Positions 1 to 12,912 of a stretch of DNA of 64,000 nucleotides are shown one piece after another. Position numbers and translations under genes: made by a program. Each line of letters starts with the position of its first letter. Position 1 is the first letter of the stretch. Under the pieces are notes generated by a model. It was not told where the DNA came from. It worked only from the letters and a program-made list of their open reading frames with translations, and did no database searches. The DNA is taken from NCBI RefSeq assembly GCF_025526975.1, contig NW_026515679.1:558001-622000 (forward strand). Direction: 5' to 3'. The stretch comes from Fimicolochytrium jonesii. Lineage: Eukaryota.

Positions 1-129
1 CTTCTTGCAGAGACGGAGGGCGGTGTTGCGCTTGGCGAGGAGGGCTGGGTCGCTGGCGAGGTAGAGGTCGCCGGCGAGCATTTTTTGTTCCTCCGTGCGG
101 GAGTCGGGTTGCTGCAGCCGAGAGGACAT
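1..129 (-). CDS. Maltose/galactoside O-acetyltransferase family protein, 5' part (runs off window start)
   Basis: Reverse translation from ATG at 129 gives MSSRLQQPDSRTEEQKMLAGDLYLASDPALLAKRNTALRLCKK. This matches the Mac N-terminal motif TExEKMLAGxLYxAxDPxL. Not in the ORF track. Confidence 0.8.
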   Translation of the reverse strand, partial: MSSRLQQPDSRTEEQKMLAGDLYLASDPALLAKRNTALRLCKK

Positions 130-464
130 ATTAGCGAAAGCAAGAGGGGGTTGAATCGCGTATATGGAGATGAGAGGGATGGCGATGATGCCGGCAAGAT
201 TGCGAGCTCAAGTGATCAAACAGTTTGAGGAGGAGCCTGTTAGTAACGTTGTGTTTTATCCTGTTTGCTGACATAGGCCCCTTGCCTTTGCCTTTCTCCT
301 CCTCGTTTCTCTCGCCCTTCGGTCCGGAGAGCATTTCCCAACTGCCCATAATGCCACGTTCTCACGTTTCTAAAGCAGTATATGTTTTACAGAAGCAAAT
401 ATCCTTCTCAACTTTCGTTTCACGTCCTCCCGTAAAGCCAGCCAGCGACAAACCAGTCAGCAAC

Positions 465-779
465 ATGGCTACCACCGTGCAACCAGCCGACGCTTCGGCA
501 GCAGTCCAAGTCGACGACGGCGACCAGCACCTCCAAACAGAAGACACTCCTCTCCTCGGGGAGACACAACAGGCCGCCAGCCGAACATACCCAAACGACT
601 CCGACCTCCTCATAAAAGCCACCAAGAACAGCTGGAAACAATGGCTGTGCGTCGCATTTCTGTGCGTGTATTTTATCTACATCCCGCATAAGCTACGTGA
701 CGCATTGGCGGGCAGCGATGCCGATGTTCGCGGGGTGCATATCGTCTCCCTCAACCCGGACGGCGTTGTTCTCTGCTAA
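465..779 (+). pseudogene. Truncated type II membrane protein (TPLL motif plus TM; Tag1/YLR173W-like), probably decayed
   Basis: EDTPLLG sorting-type motif, a hydrophobic segment (WLCVAFLCVYFIYIP), then IVSLNPDGV followed by TAA. There is no clear splice donor, and downstream frames are broken. Confidence 0.35.
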
Positions 780-1364
780 AGCTATCCTTTGAGCACCACC
801 GCCCGAGACGGAAATATGAACTTAATACCACTTCACGACGGTTGTCCATCGCACAATTGACAAAAATAGGCGGGCCCTACGGAAACCGAGGGAGTTTCTC
901 GCTCGATTCTTTTCTTGATGGACATCGGGTCGAAAAGTCAGTTCGTTTCCAGCTCCGTGGAGCTCAGGGAGATTATACGAGAGGTGTGCGATACCATCAT
1001 TGTACGTATCACGTTATCCTTGCGGTTGCGCACACGGATATCAAGTGTCTTCTTTCCAAAACACAAACTTGGAAACCACCAAGGTTTATGGAAATAAGCA
1101 ATCCTGTTTGGTATTTCCACGGGACAAGGGGGCTGGGGAAGAAAGGAGACGCGTATGAGTGACAGCACCCGTTATTGTGCGACTGACTTGAGGCAGTAGA
1201 CGCGTTTCTCACAGTGAGGGAGCCACAAGAGCCACAGCGGGAAGACCCCGTTTGGACTCGGCAACCCCCTCATCACCAGTCCGGATTCCCACGTTTCCCA
1301 AGCACAACCCGCCAGACATCCTGCATCCTTATCCACCGCAGAGCTTTCCCTAGTGACTGCCACA

Positions 1365-2654
1365 ATGACCTCAATTGGTACCGGAGTATGTATGCCCAGC
1401 AGCTTCCCATTTCCGTCACCCGCTCTTGGAGCAAACAACTTTGAAGATCACAGTCTCACCACCCATCGTCCTCTCCTTTCATAGTACGATTTATCAGCCT
1501 CAACATACTCTCCCGACGGCCGTATCTTCCAGGTCGAGTATGCCGTGAAGGCCGTCGAGAACAGCGGGTGAGTGGAGTGACACGAACGTCATTGCACCCA
1601 TTCGCTATGTGAACTCAAACTTCGGTTTGATCTCGACCATCTAGCACGTGCATTGGCCTACGCTGCAAGGATGGCGTCGTGCTGGCGGTGGAGAAGCTTG
1701 TGCAGTCGAAGCTGCTGATTCCGGGGTCGAATAGGCGGATTGCTACGGCGGATATGCATATCGGAATTGTGAGTGGGCGAGTGGGAGAATCAAGGGATAT
1801 TGTTGAGACCAGAAAAGGAGCTGAATGGGTTTGTTTTGTTTTGATATAGGCGACCGCAGGACTTTTGGCGGACGCAAGGCATCTTGTCAACCGCGTGCGG
1901 GAAGAGGCGCAGAACTACCGAGACATCTATCGCACGCCCATCCCCGGAAAGGTGAGACGACTCGGTGCCCTCCCTTACGACACAGCCGCCATGAAGCTCA
2001 CATGGCGTATTCCAGATGATCGCGGACCGTCTCGGCCAATATGTGCAAGCATACACCCTGTACTCCAGCGTCAGGCCGTTCGGAGTCAGCACGATTCTCG
2101 CGACTGTTGACAGGAGCGGACCCCAGATGTATATGATTGAGCCTTCGGGAATATACTACGTATGTACTTCGCTCTCAACTTTGATGTTTGAGTTGCCGGC
2201 ACTGATGGGATGCATTCATCACAGGGATTTTACGGATGTGCCATTGGGAAGGGAAGACAGGTGGCAAAGACGGAGATAGAAAAGCTGAAGTTGACAGAGT
2301 TGACATGCCGCGAGGTTGTCTTGGAGGCTGCTAGAATGTAAGTTGCGAAAAGCGACCGAGAGCCTTGAACACCGAGAGCACATTCCGACCCCATGGTTCT
2401 TTTTTGCGCTCATAGTATCCACACCGTCCACGACGACGCCAAAGACAAAGACTTTGAGCTCGAAATCAGCTGGATACAAGACTCCACTCTGCGACACGAG
2501 CTTGTACCGAAGGAATTGCTGGAGGAGGCTGAGCGGGCGGCGAAGGTTCGTGTGGGGCTTTTTTTGATCTTATCATTGAGGGCGAATCTTTCCCTTACTT
2601 ACTATGCTTTATATTCTCCAGGCCTCGTTGCAAGACGATATGGATGAGGACTGA
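1365..2654 (+). CDS. PRE10: 20S proteasome subunit alpha type-3 (alpha7), multi-exon
   Basis: [63 protein letters not shown]. Ends [11 protein letters not shown]. Confidence 0.95.
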
Positions 2655-3225
2655 GATGGCTGGATGTAATTACGGTTGTGGGGTTGTGAGGTTGTGGAAA
2701 AACACATATTGCAAACACGCGTTGATGACATATGAAGGGCAATTGCGTACTGCCCTAATGCTACGGCATTGGACCCTCGATCAAAGAATCGAAATCCAAA
2801 GCATCTGGACGATTGATGAATATGCTCGTGATCGGTTTCGCCCAAGCTTATTGTGGTTCGGATGGGTGTGATTGATTAGCTCGCTAGGCGGGTGCGCTCT
2901 CGTAGTGGGTGAACTCGAAAGCACGAAGAAGATCTTTCTGCGTCTCCTGCACGAAACATCCGTTGTCCTGAATGATTGGCCCCTCGAGGCAGCTACCACA
3001 GAGCATTCTGACATGCTTTTGCCATCGCAGATCCGCTTGACATGCATGTCCGATGCCAGCCCCACCTCACATTTTACTAATGGCCAACCCTACATGTGAC
3101 TTACATTCGCGCGCGACCTAATTGCTCAGGGTATACAAAATCACTTACTACCCCAAAACTTTCAAAACTCTCAAAACTTGAAGCCCCATATTCCCTCCAA
3201 TGGCTCCTCCCACGAATTCCAAAAC

Positions 3226-6200
3226 TCACAACCGCAACCCCTCCAACCCAAGGGGATTCGCAACAACCGACGACCTAATCTCGTACGCACAGAGTGTGCC
3301 ATCCATATACACTGCCAAAATAAGCATCAGCACACAAACAATCGACAAAAGTCAACACAAAAAACAATTACTCACGCATATTGACATGATGCCGCGCCGG
3401 TAACCCCGGCTCGGTATGCTTGACGACGAACATGCCGAGAAGTGGGCGTAAGGGTGGGATGCATTGTGGGAGGATGTCTTCTACAACCTATAATGAGAGA
3501 GAGGGTCAATATATGACTTTCCATGGATGTTGGTGGAGGTGCGGGACGTACCAGGAGGTATCTGGTGGCGTTGTTTGCGTTTGATCTTTTTAAAAGTAGG
3601 GTGGGAGGAGGGAGGGCATATAAGCGATGTGAGATGGATGGAGATATACCGGTAAGCCACACACCTGATAAATCTGACGACGGCCGCGCTTCCCTTTTGG
3701 CTGGCAACAACGGCTACGCCCAGATCGTCGATGAACTCCACCAAAGAGAGCCCTATACGGTGAGCGAAGAGAAAAAGGTCAGGGCAAAGGACTTCTGCAG
3801 AGCCTCAATCACGTCAGAGAAATATCACAACCACACATACGATCAATAGCATTCAACGTCGGATGATTCTCACAAATCTCATACCGACTCACAAGCCTCT
3901 TTTGCTCATGACACGTCCTCAACGTCCTCGAATCCAACAAATACATATTCTCCACCGTCGTGAAAAGCACAAAATCCGTCGGGAAGCCCGTGCGATCCAG
4001 CGTCGTCACGATCGGCACCGGCGGGGGCGGTGGCTCATTGCGACGTTGGCGCCACCACCGCACGGGGCGGTATATCAAGGGCGGGTCGGGGAAGAGGGTT
4101 TCGATGTCGGAATCGGAGTCGGGGAAGGGGAGGGTGATGGCGGTCTCAGGGAGGTAGATGGTGTTGCCAGCGTCGATGGGGGAGTCCGAGTCGAAGTCGT
4201 GGTTGTAGTCGTCGGGGGGGTCGGTGGAGTCGTACTCGTCCCATTGGAGGGAGCTGTTGAGGTGCGCGACGACCATGTCGGCGGCATCATCGGTGAAGGA
4301 TGGGGAGGCGGGGGCGAGGTTTGGGTTTGGCCAGTCGTCTAGTTGGTAGGGATCTGAACCATGGTAATCGTCGTCGTCGTCCTCGTCATCTACGTTGTGA
4401 TCCATGTCCACGTAGTTCATGTAATCTTCGTCTTCGTCTGCCTCGCTCTCTTCAGGAGCGCTTTCGAAATGGTCTTCGTCGCTTCCTTCTTGAGCGCTTT
4501 GGAAATCATCTTGCTCCTCGGCTTCTTCTCCTTCGCGCACCCCCTCATCCATCGCTTCCGTGTTCTCCAAACTGTCAGCAGCCTCGTATGCAGAGCCCAT
4601 CGACCGGATTTCATGCCCGTGGTCAAAATCTACCTCTTCGTCGAAAAGGTCATCCAGTTCATGGAGAACGTCGGAAGATGTTCCGCCCTCGGTAACATCC
4701 CGAGCGACTAGTAACTCCATGAGTATCTCGTCATGTTGCTGCCTCTCGCTCACCGTGGTGTTGGGCATTTCCATTGAATGCGTGCCAGGATCCTCGCTGC
4801 TAGTCGGCAATCCTTGTTGTCCCTCTTCACCAGCACCGTCGGAGTTCAGAGCCTCCGTTGTTTGCGTGACAGGCTCCTCCTCGGTATTCGGAGAGCCTTG
4901 TTCCCCCTCTTCGCCAGCCCCTCCCCACTCCTCCTCCTCGAGAACACCATCAAGATCACCATGAAAGATCTCCACCTCATCCACGTCGGTATCAAATCCA
5001 TCATCTGTTGCGTCGACCGGTGGCATATCGTCAGAACTCGCACACTGTATCGGCACAGGTTGCGACCTGTTTATTCCGAGCCGGTTGTAGACCGCAACCT
5101 CGATTTCGGTTCGTTTTCGTTTGAAGGGGTTGCACCAGTCCGGTGTTTGCGAGGGTATACGTTTGAACGAGTCCGGGGAAATGAATCGTGCAGTCCATGA
5201 CCTGTGATGCGTGGACTTGAGCAACTTGATTGAAAGTCGTGAGAGAGACATGGTTGGCTTACCACTGGTTGTTGAAGAAACGAGAGCAGATGGTGTGCCC
5301 GGTATGCACGTTCCAGATTCTCACCGTACAGTCTGCGGTGCCACATCAGTACAGAGAGTCAGTCACAAACATGCCACATCGCAGTACACACCAATGGAGC
5401 AGGATATCAAGAATTTGCCACAGCTACTGAAGTCGATAGATGGAATATTGTGTTCATGTCCCACTAGCTCTCGTTCCATGACTCCTCCCAGCGGATCATC
5501 TTCTAAACGATCTTTTTGACTAGTGCTTGCCCTCAGGTTCCAGACCATAATTGTGTGTGAGTTCGATGATGCGGCCAGTAGATAGGACGGGCCATGTATG
5601 GCGAGACCCCATGCAGATTCTTTGTGCCTTAGACAAAACAGCATCACATCAGTGGATGGCGGAAAGAACGTGGCATCTGAGTAGGACCCATACTGGAAGA
5701 TGATCGCAGGACGGTCTGGATACTCCGTGAACCACACGTAGATGTAGCCATCGTCATCGGCTGCGACCAGTACTTCGTCTTGACCGATTTCACCTATCCG
5801 TATTGCGTTGATGATCGCATGAACTTCCTAGATCACGGGAGACGACGGTGACTCCAGTTTAGAGTCGGCCGGACTTCATGACATGCATGGTTTGCGTGGG
5901 GCGTATGCATGAAATATGGAATGACAGCGCCGCACACACCCATTAAGCACAATCATGAACGCTCACCGAGCCCGTTTTGTTGGTCAGTTTGCCTGTCGGT
6001 TGGGTCTCGCTCGCCTTGTCAGCGAGGTGGGGTATTCGATATCTGAGAATCTCGCGATCTACGGCGACATATATGCGATGCTTGCGCGGGCTATAAGCCA
6101 CTAGATTCATGCGCTAGGGGATGGCATCCCACATAGTAAGTTCAGTGCTTATGCCAGTTCATAGCGTACAACACACCTACCCAAGGCCTAGCATCACGAA

Positions 6201-6276
6201 GCCCGCCGAGCGTGTGCCCTTCAAGGACGGGCGTTACAGATAATGGAACATATGGACAGCACAGAACGGGCGGCAT
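3226..6276 (-). CDS. CRT10: CRT10-family WD40-like protein with long acidic insert, multi-exon
   Basis: PW|RMNLVAYS, SAWGLAIHG..LLAASSNSH, GHEHNIPSIDF, LGVAVVASQKG and C-terminal YMDGTLCAYEI. Exon limits are approximate. Confidence 0.7.
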
Positions 6277-6645
6277 CCTGATTTGCCAGCGGAATATTCA
6301 GTTTGCTTGATGATATGGGACGAACTCCCTGGGCGAACTGTGGGACGAATGGGACGAATGAGGGCTGGAAAAGCGGGGGACAAGCCAAGCCACGACTGAG
6401 ACGACTCCCAAATGACATTACGCGTGCGCGTGTTCTTCAGTCGCTCAAATTCTCGTTTTTCGCACAAGCAGTTCGTTCCTTGCGAAGACATGCAAATTAC
6501 TGGCATCGACTTCCAGGATTTGAAGACAGCAGACACCGCCAATATCCCTTCAGTACACCGCTCGTCGTGTCAGTGAGACCAGGAACTGGAGAAAGTATCG
6601 ACACCAAGCTTCATTTCTTTGCCGCCGGCCTTCTGAGAACCGAAA

Positions 6646-7417
6646 ATGGGTAAAAAACCAGTAGCAAAAACGACCGGCAGGAAGAACGGAAGGCCAGCGC
6701 CGGCTATCGCTGAGGTCGTTTATGACGACTCCGCACGGAGGTAGGCGTCGTGCATACATATGGCGGGATTAGGTGTGGAGCACCGGACTGAGGAAAGGAA
6801 ATTTTGCTAAGAATAGAGACTACCTGACCGGCTTCCATAAACGCAAACTCGAAAAGAAGAAAGCAGCCATTGAGCGTCACGAGGCTCGTGTGAAAGAAGA
6901 GAGGAGGGAGCTTCGCAAAGAAAACGTATGTCACCCATCAATATCTGTGTAACTAACCATCTATGCCAGTGACCTGACCGTCTTTCCTCCGTTGCAGAAC
7001 AAACGACACCTTATTGTCGACGACTTGGAGCGGATCGAAGCAGTGACCCAAGAACAGGCGCTAGACAGCAACGCACACAAGGAGCGGACAGTGGATGTAG
7101 CAACGATACCCAGCGAGACACGGATAACAACCGTAACGATATCTGATTGGAACCCAGAGGACGCTGACGAAGAGGAGGAGAGGCACGAAACAGATGACGA
7201 TGATGAGATGGAAGAGGACGGTGGTGAAGGAGGGGAAAAGGAGGTGACCGTGAAGAAGAATGCGCCAAAAGCGAAGTCTGCTGCTGCGAAACCACGATCG
7301 GCGCTGAAGAAGAGCGGGGTGTCGAAAGTGAGGACAAAGGCCAACCCGCATATGAAGCGGAAAGAGAAGGATGGGAAGAAGGGGGTCAAATCGAAGAGAG
7401 GAAAGCCACGGAAGTGA
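6646..7417 (+). CDS. RRP17: Ribosomal RNA-processing protein 17 / NOL12 (Nop25 family)
   Basis: EVVYDDSARR|DYLTGFHKRK signature, followed by a Lys/Glu-rich tail. Confidence 0.9.
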
Positions 7418-7667
7418 GCGGGCTGATACTGCATCATTCTTGAGTAGGAAGGCGAGCCGCATGCTCCCCCGTCGTCACGTAATTTATTGGATCATATCAC
7501 GTATTACGCTGGAATTCTCGATCCCGTCAACGATGTATCCATCGCTTAGAGGAAACGCAGGAATGAGGGGAGACCCATACTCCGTGGTGACATCCGTTGG
7601 AGGAGGGTCCTGCTCCCAATCAACGTGGATGCTCGAGGGCCTTTCCGGTGGTGCGAACTCCCCTTCA

Positions 7668-7843
7668 TCATCAAAAGCTATGAGGATATGCAATCAGTAC
7701 AAGTGCTTCAGACGCCAAGTGCTGTCCCTCGGGTCTATGTAGTTGAGAGGTTAGTCCCTAGGAGAACTCTTTTATCATCGAAAGCTATGAGGATATGCAG
7801 TTAGCACACGTCAAGCGCTGTCCCTCGATGTAGTTGAGAGGTT
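7668..7843. repeat. Degenerate tandem duplication (period about 105 bp)
   Basis: aaagctatgaggatatgca...gctgtccctcg...atgtagttgagaggtt occurs twice, with indels. Confidence 0.8.
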
Positions 7844-9160
7844 GCGAAAGGGATTTTTCTCACCAGCTGACATGTTCATAGACAGTAGTTCCCAGCGACT
7901 CCAAAACACTTATAAGAACGAGCAAAGGCCTACTTCGCGCATCATACACTGCCAGAGATTCGCAGAACTCAACTTGCGACGTTCCGACGCTACATGGCGA
8001 TCGGGACGTCGCATTGTGGACCAGCCATGGCAATGAGAGTCCAGATGCAGCAAGACCAGAAAATACGTTGCCCATAACGTTGCTCAAAGACGATATTGCG
8101 CGAAGAGATATGGTGCTAATCATTGTATTCCAAAGAAACATCATTACTATGTACATCTATAGAACACCAGTTCCCACTCTTACTGCACGATGATTCACGA
8201 GCAAGCAGACTGGGAACATTGCGAGCTGTCCAACGCATATCGATATCACAAATAGACGTTCCCCTGAAGCAGACTCAAAGAAACAACTAAGCTCCAGATG
8301 AGAAGTGTATGCAGAAAGCTCACCTATACCTGCCTGGTTGAGTGCATGTGCAAGATGGGTGCGGGATAGGAGATGTGCGCTGCATGCACTGTCAGAGGAG
8401 TTTTTCGGACCGAAGTTGAAGTTACCGAGCTCTCGTTTTCGCGTCTCGTGCTGTCATTCGCCCGTCAGAGATCGCTTCGAAGTTCGGACTAACGAGGTTA
8501 GGTGGTTGAGGTCTTCCGACCTTCACAGGCCGACTCTGCAAATGTCTACGTCTATTGAATTTCAATCTACTGCCAGATCCCAAAAGCGTCTTCGGACGTT
8601 GTTGATGTCGGACCCGCTCTTCGGAAATGCCTTGCAAGCGACGAGAAATAGATGTATCATAGATGCTCCGCCCGCGTCCCTCTCTGTCCGACCGTCTTCT
8701 ACTTTTCTCCTCGCTCGTTCGCCTGGTGCCTTCAAAGCCCTGCCGTACGCCAGCATGTCACCGACAACGAGTCAGTCTCGTCGAGCTCCTAGGGTGCATT
8801 GGGGGAAATGGGATGGAGTGCAACCGGCCGGCGTATAACTGCCCCGCCCTTCCTCTAGTCTTCCAACCTATCCCTCCCGCTCTTCGGCCTCCCCTCTGAG
8901 ACCCCTCCGTGCGGTGCGCAAAACTTTCCATGCTCCTTCGCTCCTCCGAAGACCGGGGTAAATCCGGAGATTCTACCGTTTTCGATGGTCGGGGTTGTCT
9001 TGGGGCGACGCATATCCCGCGCGCAGTTTTATACTATATTGAGTCATTGGGAGCCTGAGCGGCGGGTGAGAAGTGGACTAGATGAAACTCTCTCCAATGG
9101 ATGTACATGAGACAGACCTCTGGCGAAGCTCGGAAGCCCGGGATTCAAACGAGGGTTCAT

Positions 9161-10798
9161 CTAACGCCGCAATCCCGATTTCGCCTCCCGCAGCCTCTCC
9201 AAGCTTGCCAGCGCACCTTCCAAAACCCCTCCAATGGACCCATCAACCTCATTCTCATCCAAACGACACCCAAGCTCCGGATCACGTCCATACTCCGGCC
9301 ACAAAGCATGCTCAGGAATCACATCATTCACCAGATTCACGTCGCCAATGGCAGCCGCAGTCGCTTTGGCCCAACACCGCGCGGTGATGGTGTTGACGTA
9401 CCCACCGCCTCCGAGGATCAAGAGCGGTATGGCCGGTTGTGGGCTTGAGGACGTTCCATCGCGGGAAGGGAGATCGCGTAGGTAGGCCACGGCATCCCCA
9501 AAAGTCCCCGGATCCAAATTCCACCCCATCCCACGATCATTCCGCTGTCCATGTCCCGCTTCCTCCGCCGCGTTCAAGTTCAAATGCGCGCCGTCAGCTC
9601 CACATTGCAACACAATACAGTCCGGGGTGTACGCGTCCATAATCCCATCCACTATCCGCTGGAATACCTGCAAAAACAGCGGACCTCGCAATCCCGATTT
9701 CAACGGGACATTCAAAGTATGATGCAGCCCCTTTCCCGATCCGCGCACCATTGGGGACCCTGTGCCTGGGTAGAAGCCCTGATCGTACTTGTGGAACGAG
9801 CATGTGAATACTCGTGGGCTGAAGAGGAATGCGGCTTCGACGCCGTCGCCGTGGTGGATGTCGATGTCGAGATAGAGGATGCGGCGATATTTTTTTTGGA
9901 GTTCAAGTATGCTGAGGACGATGTCGTTTACATAGCAGAAGCCTGATGCTCGTGTTCTGATGGCTGTGTAATCAGAGAGTTGGGTCGACCTATTCGATGG
10001 TTCTGGGTATCTCACCTGATTGCATGGTGCCTTCGTCAAGCAAAAGTCAAATCTAAGTCCTTCTCCCTTGGTGCTGTCTACTCCGAACATCACGGAAACG
10101 CACCTCCCACCATCCCAGTGTATGGCGATATCCACTTGACCCTCCACGATAGCCCGAGCTGCTGCTAACGTCCCTCCCGCCACCAACTGCACATACGAAG
10201 ATAGCCCAGGAAAGACCGGGCAATCACTGATGAGGGTCAGACACCCGATATCAAGATCGCCTTAGACTAATTCAAAGCCGCGTACTATTCAAGTCCAAAG
10301 TCCTCGCGCAGGCTTCGAGTTGCCTCGTCTTCAGTGTCCGTTGCCTCGACAGACAGAAGAAAATCTATTTGACGGGGGCAATTCTGTCAAGGGTGCACTC
10401 GTCCAACCTCACTGCTAGCCAGAAGCTCACCAACTAATTCTTCACTATGGGCTGTACAAAGCTCTTCCCTCGTCGCCTGGTGCGGGCGTATTATTCTTTT
10501 TGGAACTGTAAGTATCGGGACTTCCATGATACAAGAGCTCGTGCCACCTACTTCATAGCCTTCGGAAGCCCATAAGCCATTACTAGCGAGTGTACAAAGG
10601 TCGACTATAAGAGGGAAATAGCGGCGCATAAGGATTGTCAGAGTGAAGGCCAACGGTTTGCATGGCAAATATGCATACCCTCATCTGATTCACGGGCAGT
10701 TTGTCGGCTGCTTCGCGCGCCTCGTTGCTGAACATATAGCCGACGTTCCGTCTCTTACATGGCGGCGATGGTGGTATCCGTGCGATCCCTTCTAGCAT
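9161..10798 (-). CDS. HDAC8: Class I histone deacetylase, HDAC8/Hos1-like, multi-exon
   Basis: DCPVFPGL, HWDGG|RHHAI|RTRASGFCYVND, YLDIDIHHGDGV, SFHKY..GFYPGTG, VLQCGAD, LGGGGY. Confidence 0.9.
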
Positions 10799-10962
10799 GG
10801 TGACTGTTGGCAAGCTTGTGAAGCTGCCACTGCTGCCATGTTTTTTGGGCCAGTGTTGTGACTGATGACAAGTGTCCGACGGGCTCGTCCTGCGTTCGTT
10901 TGCTCGTTCGTGTCGCCTCCGGAACGTACAGTAACCTCTGCTACTTTTTTCTGCCAGATTCG

Positions 10963-12195
10963 ATGTCTACCCACACGGAAGAGCCATTACCACACCGCTC
11001 GAAGCGACGACGACTCGCAGACAGCGAATATGAGTCTGAACTTGCAATACCATCGAACCACGACGACCTTTCCAGTGACAGCGACGCGCAACCCTCAGAA
11101 CCCTCCCGCAAAACCCACGAAGACGAGGGGAGCTCAATACCTCCCGACGACGAAGACCTCTTTCTCTCCGAAGTACACATCGACCCGTCCAACGGCCCTG
11201 CGCGCACACACGGGGAAAGCCTTCGCCTTACAAAGTTTCGAATCAACGTGCCACGGGGCTATCATGGAGATATCCCTCCTTTTCTACAAACCGGTGATCC
11301 GGCGTATATTTGCATTGAACATGAGATGGCAACGCCACTGCGGGCAGTGGGGCTGCAGGTGTGGATGGGGGCGTTGGTGCTAGCCGATTATGTGCTATCT
11401 AGGTACAAACATATCAAACCCGTCGAGAGCGCCAAGAGGAAAGGCGGCGTAGGGAGTGACGCTGAAGCCGCTGATGATGAGATACTCTTCACATCGCAAA
11501 CGACAGTGTTGGAACTGGGGTGCGGTGCCGGGCTTCTAGCGGCATTATGCGGAAAGCTGTGCAGGACCGTTTATGCAACGGATGTGTGTGATGATCTGGC
11601 CGCGGAAGACAGGGGTGATGACGTCGGGGTGTTGAGGTTGTGTCAGAGGAATATGGTGAAGAATCATGTGGATAGCGTGCTCAGAGTGCGACGACTGGAT
11701 CTCCGGGACGAGGAGTGTCCGAAGCTTGGCAGCAACGTCGAGGCGATCACATCGCAGGAGGTTCCGCAACAATCCAATGGTGGCAGCTTTGTCGACTTCA
11801 GGTGGCGTCCCTCGGAAATATCGGACTTCCAACAAAACTGCACCATTATCCTTGCCGCCGACCTCATCTACGACGACGCCGTCACATTCGCCTTTCTTCA
11901 GCGACTGCCCGCCCTCCTCCATCCATGCCCCACCGCCGAAAGCAAGCATCCGAAAAGTAAACAACTACTCCTCGCCCTCGAGAAACGAGTAGTCTTCTCA
12001 TTGCGTGACCAAAACGTGGCTGCCCCTGCGCGAGACTATTTGCTTGCGACGCTGGATGCTATGAACGCCGATCGAGAAGAACGCGGGCTGTCGGATGTGG
12101 TGAGATATGAGGAAATCGACGTTGACGCGATTCCCCAATGGTTTGAATATCGGAGGAATGAGTACTTGGAGATGTGGCGGTTTTGGATCGAGTGA
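10963..12195 (+). CDS. METTL22: METTL22-like protein lysine methyltransferase (Methyltransf_16), intronless
   Basis: IEHEMATPLRAVGLQVWMGALVLADY, VLELGCGAGL, ILAADLIYD, LEKRVVFS. Confidence 0.85.
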   Translation: MSTHTEEPLPHRSKRRRLADSEYESELAIPSNHDDLSSDSDAQPSEPSRKTHEDEGSSIPPDDEDLFLSEVHIDPSNGPARTHGESLRLTKFRINVPRGYHGDIPPFLQTGDPAYICIEHEMATPLRAVGLQVWMGALVLADYVLSRYKHIKPVESAKRKGGVGSDAEAADDEILFTSQTTVLELGCGAGLLAALCGKLCRTVYATDVCDDLAAEDRGDDVGVLRLCQRNMVKNHVDSVLRVRRLDLRDEECPKLGSNVEAITSQEVPQQSNGGSFVDFRWRPSEISDFQQNCTIILAADLIYDDAVTFAFLQRLPALLHPCPTAESKHPKSKQLLLALEKRVVFSLRDQNVAAPARDYLLATLDAMNADREERGLSDVVRYEEIDVDAIPQWFEYRRNEYLEMWRFWIE

Positions 12196-12250
12196 AGAGT
12201 GATGCTGCTTATCCAGGCGACGTCATGTCTGTTGACATCATCGGGGGGTT

Positions 12251-12912
12251 TCACACCATACGTCCCAGTGGTATAACACCTCCGTCTTCGCTGCCCTCGA
12301 GATCGAGATCACCATCTAATAACGCTGTCTCGTGCTCGTCGCCTAATGCTTGCATCCGCCGAACGCGTCGATTCCGTCGCAATATACGACGCAATCCCAT
12401 ATCTGCCGCCACTGAAATGCATAGTCCTGTTGAAGAGCCTAACAGATTTGCCTGCGTAGAAGGAGATCGGTCAGACGGCAAACGGAAACGATAATCCGTT
12501 AGTGGTCCATTACCGTGACATCCTGAGAGTCCCACACTCTGCCCGTGTGCCAAAGAATACCGACAAGGCTCTGAAGTGCTTCGCTGGCCAGGGAGGCAGC
12601 GAATAGTAGGACCGCTGTATATCTAGCTGTGCGCGATACAGTTGACAGGTCAAGTGTAAAGTAGACGACTATCGTTAGGAGTAGGAAGCCGAAGTAGTGT
12701 AGGACTTTGTCGTCGCGGATGGCTTTCGGAATGTATGCGCTGGTTGTCGAGGAAGGAAACTGTTTGCATTCAGACGGGGAGTGGGGGTCAATACGAAAGT
12801 TTTAATAACAGGGTAGGCATGGTATTCCAAACATCAAAGAGTCGCTCACCAAGCCTAGCACTGCGAGCAAAAGAAGCAGCACTACCAGTAGCAAGCCGCA
12901 AAGGATGCGCAT
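12251..12912 (-). CDS. Small VanZ-like membrane protein (YJR112W-A type), 3 exons
   Basis: MRILCGLLLVVLLLLLAVLGL|..DDKVLHYFGF..ASEALQSL..RVWDSQDVT|ANLLGSSTGL. This matches the VanZ DKxxH, E..Q and DxxxN motifs. Confidence 0.75.

Noticed and set aside
1..129. Maltose acetyltransferase as a recent bacterial transfer
   Set aside because: The family is widespread in fungi, and only 43 codons are visible.
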